Assembly (NCBI GenBank): GCA_965603825.1
Contig: CBFDEM010000041.1
Location: 1-64,000, forward strand
DNA from: Blepharisma stoltei ATCC 30299
Lineage: Eukaryota; Protista; Ciliophora
Reading direction: 5' to 3'
DNA: 64,000 nucleotides
Part shown: positions 23,268 to 35,790 of the stretch, piece after piece
How the letters are laid out: each line of letters opens with the position of its first letter
Numbering within the stretch: position 1 is the stretch's first letter
Position numbers and translations under genes: made by a program
Notes under the pieces: model-generated
The model's database searches: none
Told to the model about the DNA's origin: nothing
What the model saw: only the letters and a program-made list of their open reading frames with translations

Positions 23268-23648
23268 ATGGATAGCAATCTCAACTCTCAATTTGTGTCA
23301 CTAAGTGCGAACTTTACAATTCCGGTAGCTTCTGGGCCTAGTCTTAAATCTATTTCAATAGACAGCCTAACAAGCGAATTTTTTGAAGATCTTCAGGGAG
23401 TCAGCAATGAATGCGAATGTACACTTTTGTCATCAAAGAAAGAAATGGAAGATCTTGAATCAGAGAACAATCTTTTGTCAGTAATGGAGCAGAAGCTCTG
23501 CAAGCAAATTCAATTATTAATCCAATATAATAAAGAGCTGCAAGTCAAACTGTCTAAGAAAAAGACTAAGCTTCAAAAAAGAGCCTTATGCATTAAAATT
23601 GCAAGAAAATTGCGTAAGACTGCAAACTGTAAAGAAACTCAATGTTAA
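23268..23648 (+). CDS. Hypothetical coiled-coil protein
   Basis: 126-aa ORF with ATG and a heptad-like E/K/L pattern. Confidence 0.6.
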   Translation: MDSNLNSQFVSLSANFTIPVASGPSLKSISIDSLTSEFFEDLQGVSNECECTLLSSKKEMEDLESENNLLSVMEQKLCKQIQLLIQYNKELQVKLSKKKTKLQKRALCIKIARKLRKTANCKETQC

Positions 23649-25389
23649 AGGCGTTTTTCGCCTAAGAATATATTTTTTAGAATTAATTTTGAAATTTTCT
23701 TTTAATGGGCTTAAAAATTTATCAGCTTACTAGATATTTAAAAGCGATTCTGCTTCTTTATTTCTTTAGCGACTTTACTCTTCAAGATGATGACTACCTA
23801 TGAGGTTCTGCTTGCCATATTAACAGAACTTTTTATTATTAATCAATTATCCATCAGAAAATGGCTATGGTGAAATCAAGTCAAGATGGGTATTCAGCAG
23901 ATAAAATTCAAAAATCTCAATACCGAATATTGATGCCTGACAAGTGATCAATATTTCAAAAAGTACAACTTCAGTCATGGTTAACTTCATTTGCTCCTGT
24001 GTTAGAAAATATAAACCATCATGATTAAATTTGCTCCTTTGGCTAATTGAGTTCGGATATAATAATGCTGATATATGTAGCAAGATTCCAATAGTTTCTA
24101 CCTAAATTTCGAGGTTTAATTTAACTAAAAGTAATAAAATTTTTATTCGAACCAATTGCTTAAAATCTCAAATCTGGTAGCTTTTAAGGTTCTTAAATAG
24201 AAATATTAAAGCCAGTCTATTTAAATTTTCACCAAGCATTCCAGTTACCTGGCTCATATAAATAAGAATATTGCTTGTGGACTTTGACAAAGCTTCAGCT
24301 TTTTTTGTATAAAATTAAACATTGAGCAATTATTTTTGCAATTTAATAATTATATGAATTAGTTATGATTCTATATATTGAACATTTAAGTATGATATTG
24401 TATCAAATTAATATTGCACCTATGCATATGCATTCTTTAAAAATCTTTAAAATTAATTGCATGGGGTAGAAATATTCACAATAAGAAGATTAAGCTAAAA
24501 TTAATTAGCTTTGATCTACTTAGATAGAATCTTCCGAAAACAATTTGATCAGTATTTTTAATATTTATAGTTTTTTGGAGTTAAAAAAAAATGGAAACAT
24601 AAACGAATATTTCATATGATAAGAGCAAAAAGCCTTTCTAGCTGAAATTATGCTAAGAACTGGCTTAATTAGGGCCAAATGTGAGCATTAAGCAAGTTCA
24701 TTGTGTATTTATAAATATTACTTGTATATTTTAAATAGCTATTAAGTTATGCTTTAATAATTTAATATTCTTAAAGTCTGAAAAAATCTACTAAGTTAAT
24801 ATAATATTCCTTAAGAGGATTGCAAATATATATTTTGGTAAGAATTAAATAATTGAATTAACAACTGATTTTTTAATTCAAGCAATGATATTAATTTAAA
24901 AATGAGGAAAATTTAAATATTTATTTGATTTTATAGTAGCATGCTTTTTTTTGCAAATTAATCTAATATTCTAAAACTGAGACATTTATCTCAAAAGTGC
25001 CAAGAATTTATAATGATTGGCTAGAAGTGATCTATGTAGTCGAATCAATATACTAGCAGCTTTGATTTGGATCACAATTTAGATAAAAGTGTCTTCGATA
25101 TGTCCAATTTCTCATTAAATTTAAGATGTAAAGTTGCTTTCAATATCTGAAATTTATCTTAATAATGCTATCAAGAAGATGTCAAAAATTTTGAGCATAT
25201 TGAAAGGGCTTTTGCATTCTATTCTCGACTTAAAGCATGGCTTATACAGCATCATTATTTATAAATTTGCTCTTTTGCATGCGCCATTTGAATTTCGCTT
25301 TTGCTTTCAATAAGACTTAACTATGAAAGGAACTATATCTGATAGTCTCAAAAATTACTATTTTTATAGGATAAGCTAAAAGATTACGA

Positions 25390-26193
25390 TTAACTTCTAT
25401 TAGGATAAAGAATATCGTAATGACCTGGCCTATAAAGCATATGAATTTTGAAATCAGGTCCAGTATATTCGAATGGGAAACTCATAAGAGTAGTTTCAGT
25501 TCTATCATTTCTGTCCATGTACTCGATTTCTGCTTTGATTTGGAATGCTTCAGTCATAGCTATGATTTGCAATTGCTCGCATTCTCTATTCATAGGGTCT
25601 ACTTCTGAATTGCAGAAACTTACTATATCGGGGTATCCTTCAACAAACCCAGAGTACTCGTCGGCATGAAGCCGTAAAAATGCTGAAACTATAAATCTTG
25701 TATACATCACATAGGTATCAGCAATTATTTTGTCCTTAAAATCATCTTCTAGCTGAGAAATTTCAGTTGTAGGAATCATTTCCAGTTTGGCTGAAATCAT
25801 ATCGATGAAATCTTCATAACAAATAGGCAAAAATCCTGCAGCATTTAATATATCGCCAGAGTCCAAAACTTTTTGTTTAATCGCGCTATAAATTTGAGAG
25901 TAAGGGGAATCAGGGTTAGAAAGATGTGATTTGTTTTGGATTAGCTGCTCGAATAATGAGAAAATGAAGGATCTGTAAAAACAATTGCCGTCTCCTCTTG
26001 TTCTTCTGAATCCTGAATACTTTGATTGAAGATACTATGTGATAGTTACTGGGATTTTTGCTTGGAATGGAGGATTTGAGGCATATTCCACTTCTAGGCT
26101 TGAAAAATCTTGGACTGGAGTAAACATAGGCTGACGCTCTTCGATTTCTCTTAATATTTCGTCTTGCTGTTTGATAATTGAGAAATCCTCCAT
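25390..26193 (-). CDS. OTUB1: Otubain (OTU deubiquitinase, peptidase C65), 262 aa, 15-nt intron at 26035-26049
   Basis: RRTRGDGNCFYRSF and LYRPGHYDILY motifs. Removing GTAACTATCACATAG, which carries an in-frame TAG, joins the ATG at 26193. Confidence 0.92.
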
Positions 26194-26200
26194 TTAATAA

Positions 26201-27586
26201 TTAATTATCTGTTTTAATAATGAAAAACTCGTCAATAATCCTAGTTCTTGCAGTCTCAATCATATCTGGACTGTCCTGCTGTGTCTTTCCGATTGCGTAT
26301 TGAATTCACTCTAAATGCGTTTTATTGTGTACCACTAGTTTGCCATACCCTAGGCTCTCAGAAGCTACTACATTTCAAGGCATTTTTTCATCACCCACGC
26401 TCGATAAATCATCTTCGGTATCAAAATTTCCAGCTACTCCGTTTACTATATAAATTGGCGCTGGAGGATTTTCAAATTTATTAATTCCAAATTGCATAAT
26501 CTCATTTTTATAAACTGGCATTGACCTTTCATACAAATGAACGTTGCCTGAGATTCAAAGAGTTGCATTGTATTGGAAGAGCAGGTCTTCCAAATAGCCA
26601 GACAATATGCTACTATATTGTGTGCAAGCTGTTGTGCAGACTTTGCATAATGGGTTTGGGTTGCAGTAAATTGGCCTATGGGAAATAACTATCGTTCATG
26701 GCTGGATGTTAGTCTCTAAATCTTCTTTAAGAAATTTCATATGATTTTCTATCATTTCTTCTGTATGGAGGCGGCCAACAAAGCTTTCAGAATCAAGCAT
26801 GATGAAATGGGCATAGCCTAAATTAAAGCTATAAAAGAGTCCTAAAGAGTTTTGTGGCTGGAACAATTTTTTGTAGTGAGTGAAATTAGTAAAGCTTTCA
26901 TGACTCCCTGGAACTGTCATATAAGGAAACCTGGATGATAAATGCTCAATAGACTCCATAAAATGATCTGCCATAAGCCCGTTGTAAGACCACAAATCAT
27001 AAGCAATATCTCCAGCATGCAAAATTATATCATAATTATCAAGGGATTTGGAAATTTGATAAAGATGAGGAAGGATGTTGGCTTTTTTTGTTTTAGAATA
27101 TTTATCTTTTGGGTCTGGGTAATAGTTTGTTTGGAAATCTGCAAAAGAGATTGCAGTGATTGTAGAGTTTTGTGAAGGGGGAGATCTGAAAGAGAATTTT
27201 TGGGAGGAAATGGTTATGTTGGAAACAATGCATGAAATTTTATATGAATAAATTGTAGCTGGCTCTAGGCTGTTTAGCAGCGAAGAGTATAAAAATCGCT
27301 TGTATGGTTTTCCAGTGTTTCCTAAGTACTCCAAAATATCCTTTTGATAGTTAGAAATTTTCTTTCCATCCATATCGATTCAGCAGTCTTTTCCATCTTC
27401 TTTCAGTGTCCACATAACTTGAATTGAGTTTTCTTCTTTTCCGAGTGCAATGTGAACCTGGCTGACTTTCTGAACTCTATGCAAGACAATCGGGATGTTT
27501 TGCACATCTCCATCATAGGCAAGCCAAAATATATTTAAAATTCCAATGAAAAAAACTCCAACTACAATCGCAATCTTCTTTTGCAT
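26201..27586 (-). CDS. Purple acid phosphatase-like protein (ACP7-like), 461 aa
   Basis: N-terminal TM, QVHIALG, FN3-like region, GDIAY, PGSHE, SHRPIY, SGNVHLYER and NKTHLEW. Continuous with five TGA=Trp. Confidence 0.88.
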
Positions 27587-27934
27587 TTTTCACCAATAAT
27601 TTTATTATTTTTTATCTAGCCTAATCTTTATAAATAGAATGGATTTAATTTAGCTAATATAATAAGATACTAGTTTTAATTTTAATTTTAATAGAATGGG
27701 ACCTAGTGTATTTAATAGAATTTATATTTTTGTTTAAAATTTGCAGTCGTCTTAATAATTTTTTTATTTGATACTTTAGCAGCTTGGGGTATTATTGTTT
27801 TTTAATTTTTTGCATCATGTAGCCACTATAAATTTGCTCCATTTAAATCTACTCAAAATGGTTTAATATTAATTTTTTGTAAACCTGAAAATTTTTAATT
27901 AGACGCTATATTATTGTATAAATAAATAATATTT

Positions 27935-29188
27935 CTATACGGAATTCCTCTGCAAAACATGAGGCCAATAGTTTGGCATGTTTTTCGATTGCCTAAAGTA
28001 CTTGTCTACACTAACTTTCTGATAGAATAAAACATACGCGTTTTCATCCACACACTGCTGTGGAAGAACTGAATAAACATTAGAGTCATCAAATAAGTGT
28101 CAGGAATTGTTATTCCTATTTTTAGCTGTCGCTGTATAATGTCCAGATCCCATGTCTCCTTCATGATCTATTTTTGCAAATAAATCGTAAACAGGCTTTT
28201 CCCTTTGTGTACTAGATACAAACTTGCTCAAATTTAAACCATGGATGGGAAAGCCCACAAAATTGTGGATTTTTTGGATTTCTTTGCCATTTAATTTGAA
28301 TCTCTTCAAATGGATCACCAAAATTGGCGGAACTTTCCATATATCGAACTTCTTGAAAGCTTTAACAGTTTTGTCGCATTTAGGGCAAAACCAAGCCTTT
28401 TCCAGCTCTTCTTTAGTCGTGAATTCTTTTAAACAGTCGTTAAGCGTGAAAGAAGAAGATCTGTGAGGTATTGGAAGACTTAATGAGGAAAACTCATCAA
28501 ACTTTTGTGACTGAAATTCGCATTCTTTGCACGTAACTGTTGACCTAAGTTGTCCTTGGAAGAGATCAACGATTACTGAGGAATGACAGCTTAAATGCAT
28601 TTGCCAAGCCTTAGCCGCTTTCATTTCTTGTGTATTGTCATTAATGTCTATGTTTGCGAGAGCTGGACTAATAAAAGCTCGATTTAAATCTTGGTCAAGG
28701 CGGTCCAGTAAGAACGACATCAGTTCGTGGACGTCATTTTCTTTGCCAGCTTCAATAGTTGGGGCCAGATTTCAAATCTTTTGGGCGAAGAAGCTAGGCA
28801 CGATTATGTCAAACTGATCACTCCAGTAGGTTTTGATTATTTCTGCAAATGCGACTGTGACCTGCCCTTTCTTCGTTACTGACGCTTTTATATCTTTTTT
28901 ATAAATGTCTGATAAAAAATAATCCACGAGTGGTTGGCAGTTAAATAAGCATTGTAAAGCTGCATTAAGATAGCAGCTGTTTCCTAGATTTTCTAAGCCA
29001 CAACATCCGATATCTGACTTATTGCTAACTAGATTTTTAGCATTGAGAAGGTTTGGAATAGACTCGTAGTTTTCTCCAAGGATTGTAAAAGTTGTGTTTA
29101 AGCTCATGGTGCCTGACTCTTTATATTTTTGGATATTATTTTTTTGCTCGTTTTCTTCAACTTCACCTCTTAAGCAACCACTTCCCAT
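27935..29188 (-). CDS. Ubiquitin-specific protease (C19), copy A, 417 aa
   Basis: Cys box GLENLGNSCYLNAALQCL, His box HEGDMGSGHYTA, W(TGA)HLFDDS, AYVLFY, and N-terminal MGSGC. Confidence 0.92.
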
Positions 29189-29999
29189 TTTATTAATTAT
29201 TATTTTTGTGCTAAAAATTTCTCGCCAGTTTTCTGGACATGCTCACGTCATCAATAAAAAATGGCTCTCATATTGAAGTTTTGAAAAGCAATTTTCTATT
29301 AAGACCAGCTAGATAAAAAAGTTAAGAAGAGATTGCCATGATACAACAAATTTAAAATAATTATAGATTCTTTAAAATAGCGTATTTAAATTCATATATT
29401 TATTTTATATGTGCTGACTTTGCTATAAGCCTATTATTTGCACCTTATTATAAGAAGAAAGCTGCTATGCTAATTTCATGAGTGCAATATACTTGCATTA
29501 GTGGCAATAAATGGATTATATTTTTTTATTGAAGCATGCTGCCTACTAATTGGGAGGTTACAAGTGACATAAAGCCTGCCTAAAATATAAGGCATTATTA
29601 AACTTATTTATTTTAGCATTTGCAAAGATCTTATGTGCTACTTTTGCCTTTATATATTTCTTTTCTATAAATCTAGCTACAGAAAGTATAAGGTATAAAA
29701 CATCTTAATTTTCTTTCCCTCTCATCTGCAACAAATAAAGAAGCATATTATGCTTGCATGCTAAATTGTGGGATAAGCAGAAATGCTTATATATCTATTT
29801 CTTAAATATGAAAAGTCTTCAAACATCTTTCATAGAGCAACCCATAAAAATGCGCGTTTTGAGCTCTCATGTTTGATTGAATTTATATTCATGAAATCTA
29901 ATTTATAATATAAGCTAAAATATAAGAAAGACAAAAGATTAAAAATATATTAAAAATTGTTTACTTAGTTTTTACAAATTGTGTAAAAGAAAAAATAGC

Positions 30000-31253
30000 T
30001 TATACCGAATTTCTCTGCAAAACATGAGGTCAATAGTTTGGCATGTTTTTTGATTGCCTAAAGTACTTGTCTACACTAACTTTCTGATAGAATAAAACAT
30101 ACGCGTTTTCATCCACACTCTGTTGTGGAAGGACTGAATAAACATTAGAGTCATCAAATAAATGTCAGGAATTGTTATTCCTATTTTTAGCTGTCGCTGT
30201 ATAATGTCCAGATCCCATGTCTCCTTCATGATCTATTTTTGCAAATAAATCGTAAACAGGCTTTTCCCTTTGTGTACTAGATACGAACTTGCTCAAATTT
30301 AAACCATGGATGGGAAAGTCCACAAAATTGTGGATTTTTTGGATTTCTTTGCCATTTAATTTGAATCTCTTTAAATGGATCACCAAAATTGGCGGAACTT
30401 TCCATATATCGAACTTCTTGAAAGCTTTAACAGTTTTGTCGCATTTAGGGCAAAACCAAGCCTTTTCTAGCTCTTCTTTAGTCGTGAATTCTTTTAAACA
30501 GTCGTTAAGTGTAAAAGAAGTAGATCTGTGTGGTATTGGAAGACTTAATGAGGAAAACTCATCGAACTTTTGTGACTGAAATTCGCATTCTTTGCAAGTA
30601 ACTGTTGATCTAAGTTGTCCTTGGAAGAGATCAACGATTACAGAGGAATGACAGCTTAAATGCATTTGCCAAGCCTTAGCTGCTTTCATTTCTTGTGTAT
30701 TGTCATTAATGTCTATGTTTGCGAGAGCTGGACTAATAAAAGCCCGATTTAAATCTTGGTCAAGGCGGTCCAGTAGGAACGACATCAGTTCGTGGACGTC
30801 GTTTTCTTTGCCAGCTTCAATAGTTGGGGCCAGATTTCAAATCTCTTGGGCGAAGAAGCTAGGCACGATTATGTCAAACTGATCACTCCAATAGGTTTTA
30901 ATAATTTCAGCAAATGCCGCTGTGGCCTGTCCTTTCTTCGTTACTGACGCTTTTATGTCTTTTTTGTAAATGTCAGATAAAAAATAATCCACGAGTGGTT
31001 GGCAGTTAAATAAGCATTGTAAAGCTGCATTAAGATAGCAGCTGTTCCCTACATTTTCCAGTCCTGAGAGCCCACTCTCTGATTTTATATTTTTTGGTGA
31101 CCATTTATTGAGTAGATTTGGTATGGACTCGTAGTTTTCTTCAAGGACTGTGAAGCTTGTGCTTAAGCTAACGGTTCCTGTCTCTTCATACTTCGCACTT
31201 GCATTTTCTTGCTCGTTTTCTTCAACTGCGTGTTTACAGCAGCCGCTTCCCAT
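30000..31253 (-). CDS. Ubiquitin-specific protease (C19), copy B, 417 aa
   Basis: Tandem paralogue of copy A with the same length. Starts MGSGCC at 31253. Confidence 0.92.
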
Positions 31254-31896
31254 TCTAATAATTATTATTTGAGTCACATTTTTTCGCCAATTTTCTGGAT
31301 ATGGTGATGCGCTTTGTAAAAATGGTCTTTGCATAGAAGTAATAAAAGTTATTTTGTCAATAGAACCAATCAGAAAATAAAATAAAGAAATAGTTAAAGA
31401 AATAATTAGTTTTCTGTTATAAAAGGCAATATACTTAATAAAAAACTGAGAAAATAATAGTTAATGAAAATAAACTTTTATAAATGAAATTATGGAGAAA
31501 ATTTTAGTAAAGCTTTAAAATAGTTGTTTTCATTTTATAATTCTAGCATTTTATATTTGGGATTAAAAATTTCGCCAAAATATTAGGTTTATTCTTTTTG
31601 TTGCAAAAATTAACTTTAGCTGATTATTAATTTGCTCTCAATTTTCTTGCAAATAATAATTAACTTCTTATATTTTGGCAACTCAGCTACCTAAAAATAA
31701 TCTTGAAATCTGAAAAATTAAAAAAAATAATTGTTTAGAGACCAATATCTACTTTGGCATATAAAAACTAAGCAAGATGAAATTGCAAGAGTCCACATAT
31801 TGCATTGCTTTCTCATTCCAAGTTATAAATTTATTCCCCTAATTTAATTTTCAAAAAATTAAATTTGGTGTTATACAAAATTGTCTCCCAATATTT

Positions 31897-32487
31897 ATGT
31901 CCTCCTTAGTATTTATGAATGAATTATTCAGAAAGAAAGTCAAAGATTTATATAAAAAAGACCCCAAAAACTATCAATCCTCCAGAAGTCCAAAACGAAA
32001 TTTTCACAGCCAAATCGATTTTTCAAAACTTGAAATAGAAAGACGAGCAAAATCTCCAATAAACATAAGCAACAAATCCCAACTATTTATAGCAGAACTG
32101 CTACGTAAACAAGAAAGCAACCGAATTACCAGGCACTCTTCAAGGCCTTTAAGTCTCTTAAAACGAAAAAAAGCAAACGAAATGTTTTTTCCAGGATTTT
32201 CCCCACACAGCCTGGTCAGATATTCAAAAACCCCATCAAGCATTAATCGGCAAAATTCTTGTCGAGACGTTGCAGTTGAGGCCAAGCTCCCAATTATTAT
32301 TAAAAATTGTTCTAAAAAGGATGAAGAAATTACAAGAGAAATCAACAATGCCCAGAAAGTGCCAAAACTAAAAAAATGAAGACTCCACACACAACAAACT
32401 GAGCGCATTTCTAAAGAGGCAGGGTCTGCCAAACAGCCGAAGCAAAAAGACGCAAAGCCTGAAGACTGGGTTATTTCAGCTTGGTAA
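31897..32487 (+). CDS. Basic low-complexity hypothetical protein (196 aa)
   Basis: Frame continues through TGA at 32377 to ...DWVISAW-TAA. Confidence 0.7.
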
Positions 32488-32503
32488 TATCATGAAATTA
32501 TGT

Positions 32504-33439
32504 CTAATTTATAGGTTTTTTCCATGTCACAATAATGACAGACATGTTGTCGCAGCCTCTTCCTAGATTTTCGTCGACACTTCTTGCTAGGCACCTATCA
32601 CAGATTTGCCTTGCGATTTCTTCTAATGACAACCTTCCCAGTCTGTCATATACGAAATCCACACACTGCTGTGACGTCAAAATATCCCAAATGCCATCAC
32701 ATCCAATCACGATAAAGTCATCCTCCTGTCCCAACTGCTCCACTTTGAGCTCTGGGCATGCTGTAATCATATGCCTTTCTGGCGGCACTGATGGATCTTT
32801 GTAATTGAAATCTCCTAAAGACCTGGATAAATTTAAATTGCCGTTAATTCTTCCGTCAATCACGCTTCCTCCTGCATCTTTAATTCTCCTAAATTCGTTT
32901 TCGAGCTCAGGCTTATGGTCCTGTGACATGTTGATAGCCCTCCTGTTTCTCGCAAGCACACATCTGGAATCTCCAGCATTCGCTACATACAGCATATTCC
33001 CTCGAATTAGAGCTACAACTGCTGTACACCCTGCATTAAATTGAGCTGACTCAGCCATATTATCGTCGATTAGGAAATTTGTAGGCAGGTCTCTTTGGAG
33101 ACGATACAATTCCTTTTTTCCTTCCTTTGTCCTCATTAAGGCATCGAGACGTACAAAAGTGTCAGATAGTGCCTGCTCAATGCGGCGATTTTGGAAATGA
33201 GGGTTTAGCACAAGCTCAGGACCAAAGTGGCGACTTATAAACAAGCTGACTTCGTGACCTCCGTGACCATCGAAAACTCCAAAGCAAGATGTAGATTCGT
33301 CGATGTTTAAATTTGTCAAGTGAGCATCTTCCATAGAAACTCTCCAGCCTTGCATTGCAGAAACTCCAAAAGATATTTTGGAGTTGTTGCCTGAGGAGCT
33401 GCGTTTTTCAGTCACTGGAGTACTTAAATAAGGTCCCAT
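32504..33439 (-). CDS. Protein phosphatase 2C (PPM1G/Ptc2-like)
   Basis: MGPYLSTP, MQGWRVSMEDAH, GVFDGHGG, ANAGDSRCV, GCDGIWD and GCDNM motifs. Confidence 0.96.
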   Translation of the reverse strand: MGPYLSTPVTEKRSSSGNNSKISFGVSAMQGWRVSMEDAHLTNLNIDESTSCFGVFDGHGGHEVSLFISRHFGPELVLNPHFQNRRIEQALSDTFVRLDALMRTKEGKKELYRLQRDLPTNFLIDDNMAESAQFNAGCTAVVALIRGNMLYVANAGDSRCVLARNRRAINMSQDHKPELENEFRRIKDAGGSVIDGRINGNLNLSRSLGDFNYKDPSVPPERHMITACPELKVEQLGQEDDFIVIGCDGIWDILTSQQCVDFVYDRLGRLSLEEIARQICDRCLARSVDENLGRGCDNMSVIIVTWKKPIN

Positions 33440-33551
33440 ATTATATGATATGGAGATATTTATATCTCGTGAGTTTAATAATATTGAGAGATTTTACGTA
33501 TAATTCATAGGGATTAAGTTAAAATATTACCAAAAAGAGTCTTTCTGCGGA

Positions 33552-34493
33552 TTAAAGAAAATAGTCAGGTGTCTTAATATTAAAATTTGGCTCAGCTCTT
33601 CTGGGTGCTGGGTCAAACTGGATAAAGCAGTGGTTTCCGAACTCATCTAACTCCATGAACCCAGCCAAGTTTCCACACCTGTAACAATAATTGGGCGCAG
33701 AAAAGACTGTTACCATGTTTCTTTCATGACACCAATTATAGCCTTCCATTACCAATTGGTGAGCTCTTGCTATTAATTTCAAGTTATTTGTATGATTAAA
33801 CCTGTCAGACACGTCCTGCCCAAACGTATAGCCTGCTCCTCTAGGTGAAATCCCCCATCCTGACCGCTCATCAGGATCAGACCACAATAAATCGCACATT
33901 GCGCCTTCTTGAGGGACTTCTTGGACTCTGTCCAGCTGCTTTATATGGTCCAATGTATCAATTGAAGGAGACAACCCTCCATGCAGGCAGAAAATCTGGT
34001 TTTCCACAATAGCTGCCAATGGAAGATAATCAAATAAATCTGTGAAGTATTTCCAGACAGTCGCTGACCCATATTTCCTTAAACACTCGTCATAAAACCC
34101 ATAAACCTGTGTGATTTGGCGAGACTCATGGTTCCCGCGGGTTATTGTAATACGGTCTCTATAGCGAATTTTTAAGCAAACGAGCAATGTGACGCTTTCT
34201 ACTGAGTAATAGCCTCTGTCTACATAATCTCCCATAAATAAATAATTTGTGTCAGGAGGGTAGCCGCCAATTCTGAAAAGCTCCATCAAATCGTGGAACT
34301 GCCCATGAATGTCCCCACAAACTGTGACAGGACATCGGACATGCTGGACATTGCTTTCTGTTGACAAAATTTCTTGGGCTTTTTCGCAGATTTGTTTGAT
34401 TTCTGCCTCTGTGAGGGGGTTGAAGTCAATCAGCTGAGAAATCTGTCTTTCTAGGGTTTGAATGTCAGAAAATGATAAAAGATTGGCTGACAT
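33552..34493 (-). CDS. PPP2C: PP2A-family catalytic subunit
   Basis: [29 protein letters not shown] and C-terminal TPDYFL. Confidence 0.96.
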   Translation of the reverse strand: MSANLLSFSDIQTLERQISQLIDFNPLTEAEIKQICEKAQEILSTESNVQHVRCPVTVCGDIHGQFHDLMELFRIGGYPPDTNYLFMGDYVDRGYYSVESVTLLVCLKIRYRDRITITRGNHESRQITQVYGFYDECLRKYGSATVWKYFTDLFDYLPLAAIVENQIFCLHGGLSPSIDTLDHIKQLDRVQEVPQEGAMCDLLWSDPDERSGWGISPRGAGYTFGQDVSDRFNHTNNLKLIARAHQLVMEGYNWCHERNMVTVFSAPNYCYRCGNLAGFMELDEFGNHCFIQFDPAPRRAEPNFNIKTPDYFL

Positions 34494-34582
34494 GAGTATA
34501 GAATTTTATAATTTAAATAAGAAAAATAATTTTTGATGGGAAAATTATATAATTCCAGAGGATTTATATAGTAAACATTAAT

Positions 34583-35410
34583 ATGAAACCAAATAAAGTT
34601 GCTTTGCTTGATAAAAAGGAATCTAAGAAAACAAACAGGAAACTAGAGAATTTTGAAGAGAACAAAGATCTTGATAGTAAAGAAATTATGTTTATCCATG
34701 AAGGCAGGATATTGAGAATTAACCTAGAAACTCTTTCAAAATCAGAATCTCCACTTTATATTCAAGAAAGAATTAGTCCTTTTATCTCAATGTGCAGACT
34801 ACCAAATAGCGAAGTTTTTTGCTATGGAAATGGGTCTGGATTTACATTTACTTTTAACTCACAGGGATCTTTTAGACAATTATGATATGGCAGACCTTAT
34901 TATGATTCTGGCTGCGTCTATTATAATGGTAATGTGTATGCGTTTGGAGGATCATCAGGGTATAGAGTAGTCAATAGAGCATACAAATTTAGCTTATCCA
35001 AAAATCAGTGAAGCAGGCTTGCAAATATGCCAGCTGAGTTTATGCTTTGCTCATGTGCAGTTCTGCAACACAAAATTATAATTTCATGCAGCGATGGCTC
35101 ACGTGTTTATGACCCTGAAATAGATTCTTATACAGAATTATCACCGAGTTCGCAAATCAATGGTCTAGTCGTGTATGTTATTAGAAATAGAGGATATATT
35201 TTTGGTTCAGGAGGGAAGATATATGAAAGTGGAGTTAGGAATCCTTACAACTGAGAGCTCTCGGGAAATGTGACTCCATTGAAAAACACGCCATTTGGTT
35301 ACTTTGGACACTATAAAGATGCCTTTTATTTTTTATTGAGGGATTTTTGCCTTTATAAATTTGATATACAAAATAGGCATTTCAGTAAAGTCGCGAGTTT
35401 TTCAGAATAA
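34583..35410 (+). CDS. Kelch-like beta-propeller protein (275 aa)
   Basis: CVYYNGNVYAFGG...NQ-W(TGA)-SRLANMP is a kelch repeat. Continuous with TGA=Trp to TAA at 35408-35410. Confidence 0.82.
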
Positions 35411-35460
35411 TCTATTTTTGATTTAATAATAAATATCTCCTACCTTAATTTACTCAAAAT

Positions 35461-35772
35461 TTAATTTTTAATTGAAGTTAACTCTGGGAATCTTTTGAAA
35501 AAGTCAAGAATCCTCCTGTGTGTTTCAAAATTAAACTCCTCATCAGTAAATTTCGTAAATCCCTGGTTATCAATTTGGAGATTTCCAACTACATTTCCTC
35601 TAACCTCAATCAATCCAGTTGTCCCTCTCGGAATATTGGTAATTTTTACTCTATTTTTCTCGTCACTTATATAAACTCCAGATTCATGCGAATTCTCAAC
35701 CCTTCCTACTATTGAGACAAGCCTGCCAACTTTTAAATCTGAGCTTTGAACAGTCGTAAAAATGTCCGCCAT
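35461..35772 (-). CDS. RPA3: RPA3 (RPA14)-like OB-fold protein
   Basis: VGRLVSIVGRV, LIEVRGNV and FNFETHRRIL.FF.RFP pattern. 103 aa. Confidence 0.75.
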   Translation of the reverse strand: MADIFTTVQSSDLKVGRLVSIVGRVENSHESGVYISDEKNRVKITNIPRGTTGLIEVRGNVVGNLQIDNQGFTKFTDEEFNFETHRRILDFFKRFPELTSIKN

Positions 35773-35790
35773 AATTATATTTAAAATTAT

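Noticed and set aside
5704-35772. Clustering of DDX11, TEN1 and RPA3 near the telomere as a functional cluster
   Set aside because: They are spread over 30 kb among unrelated housekeeping genes, with no evidence beyond coincidence.
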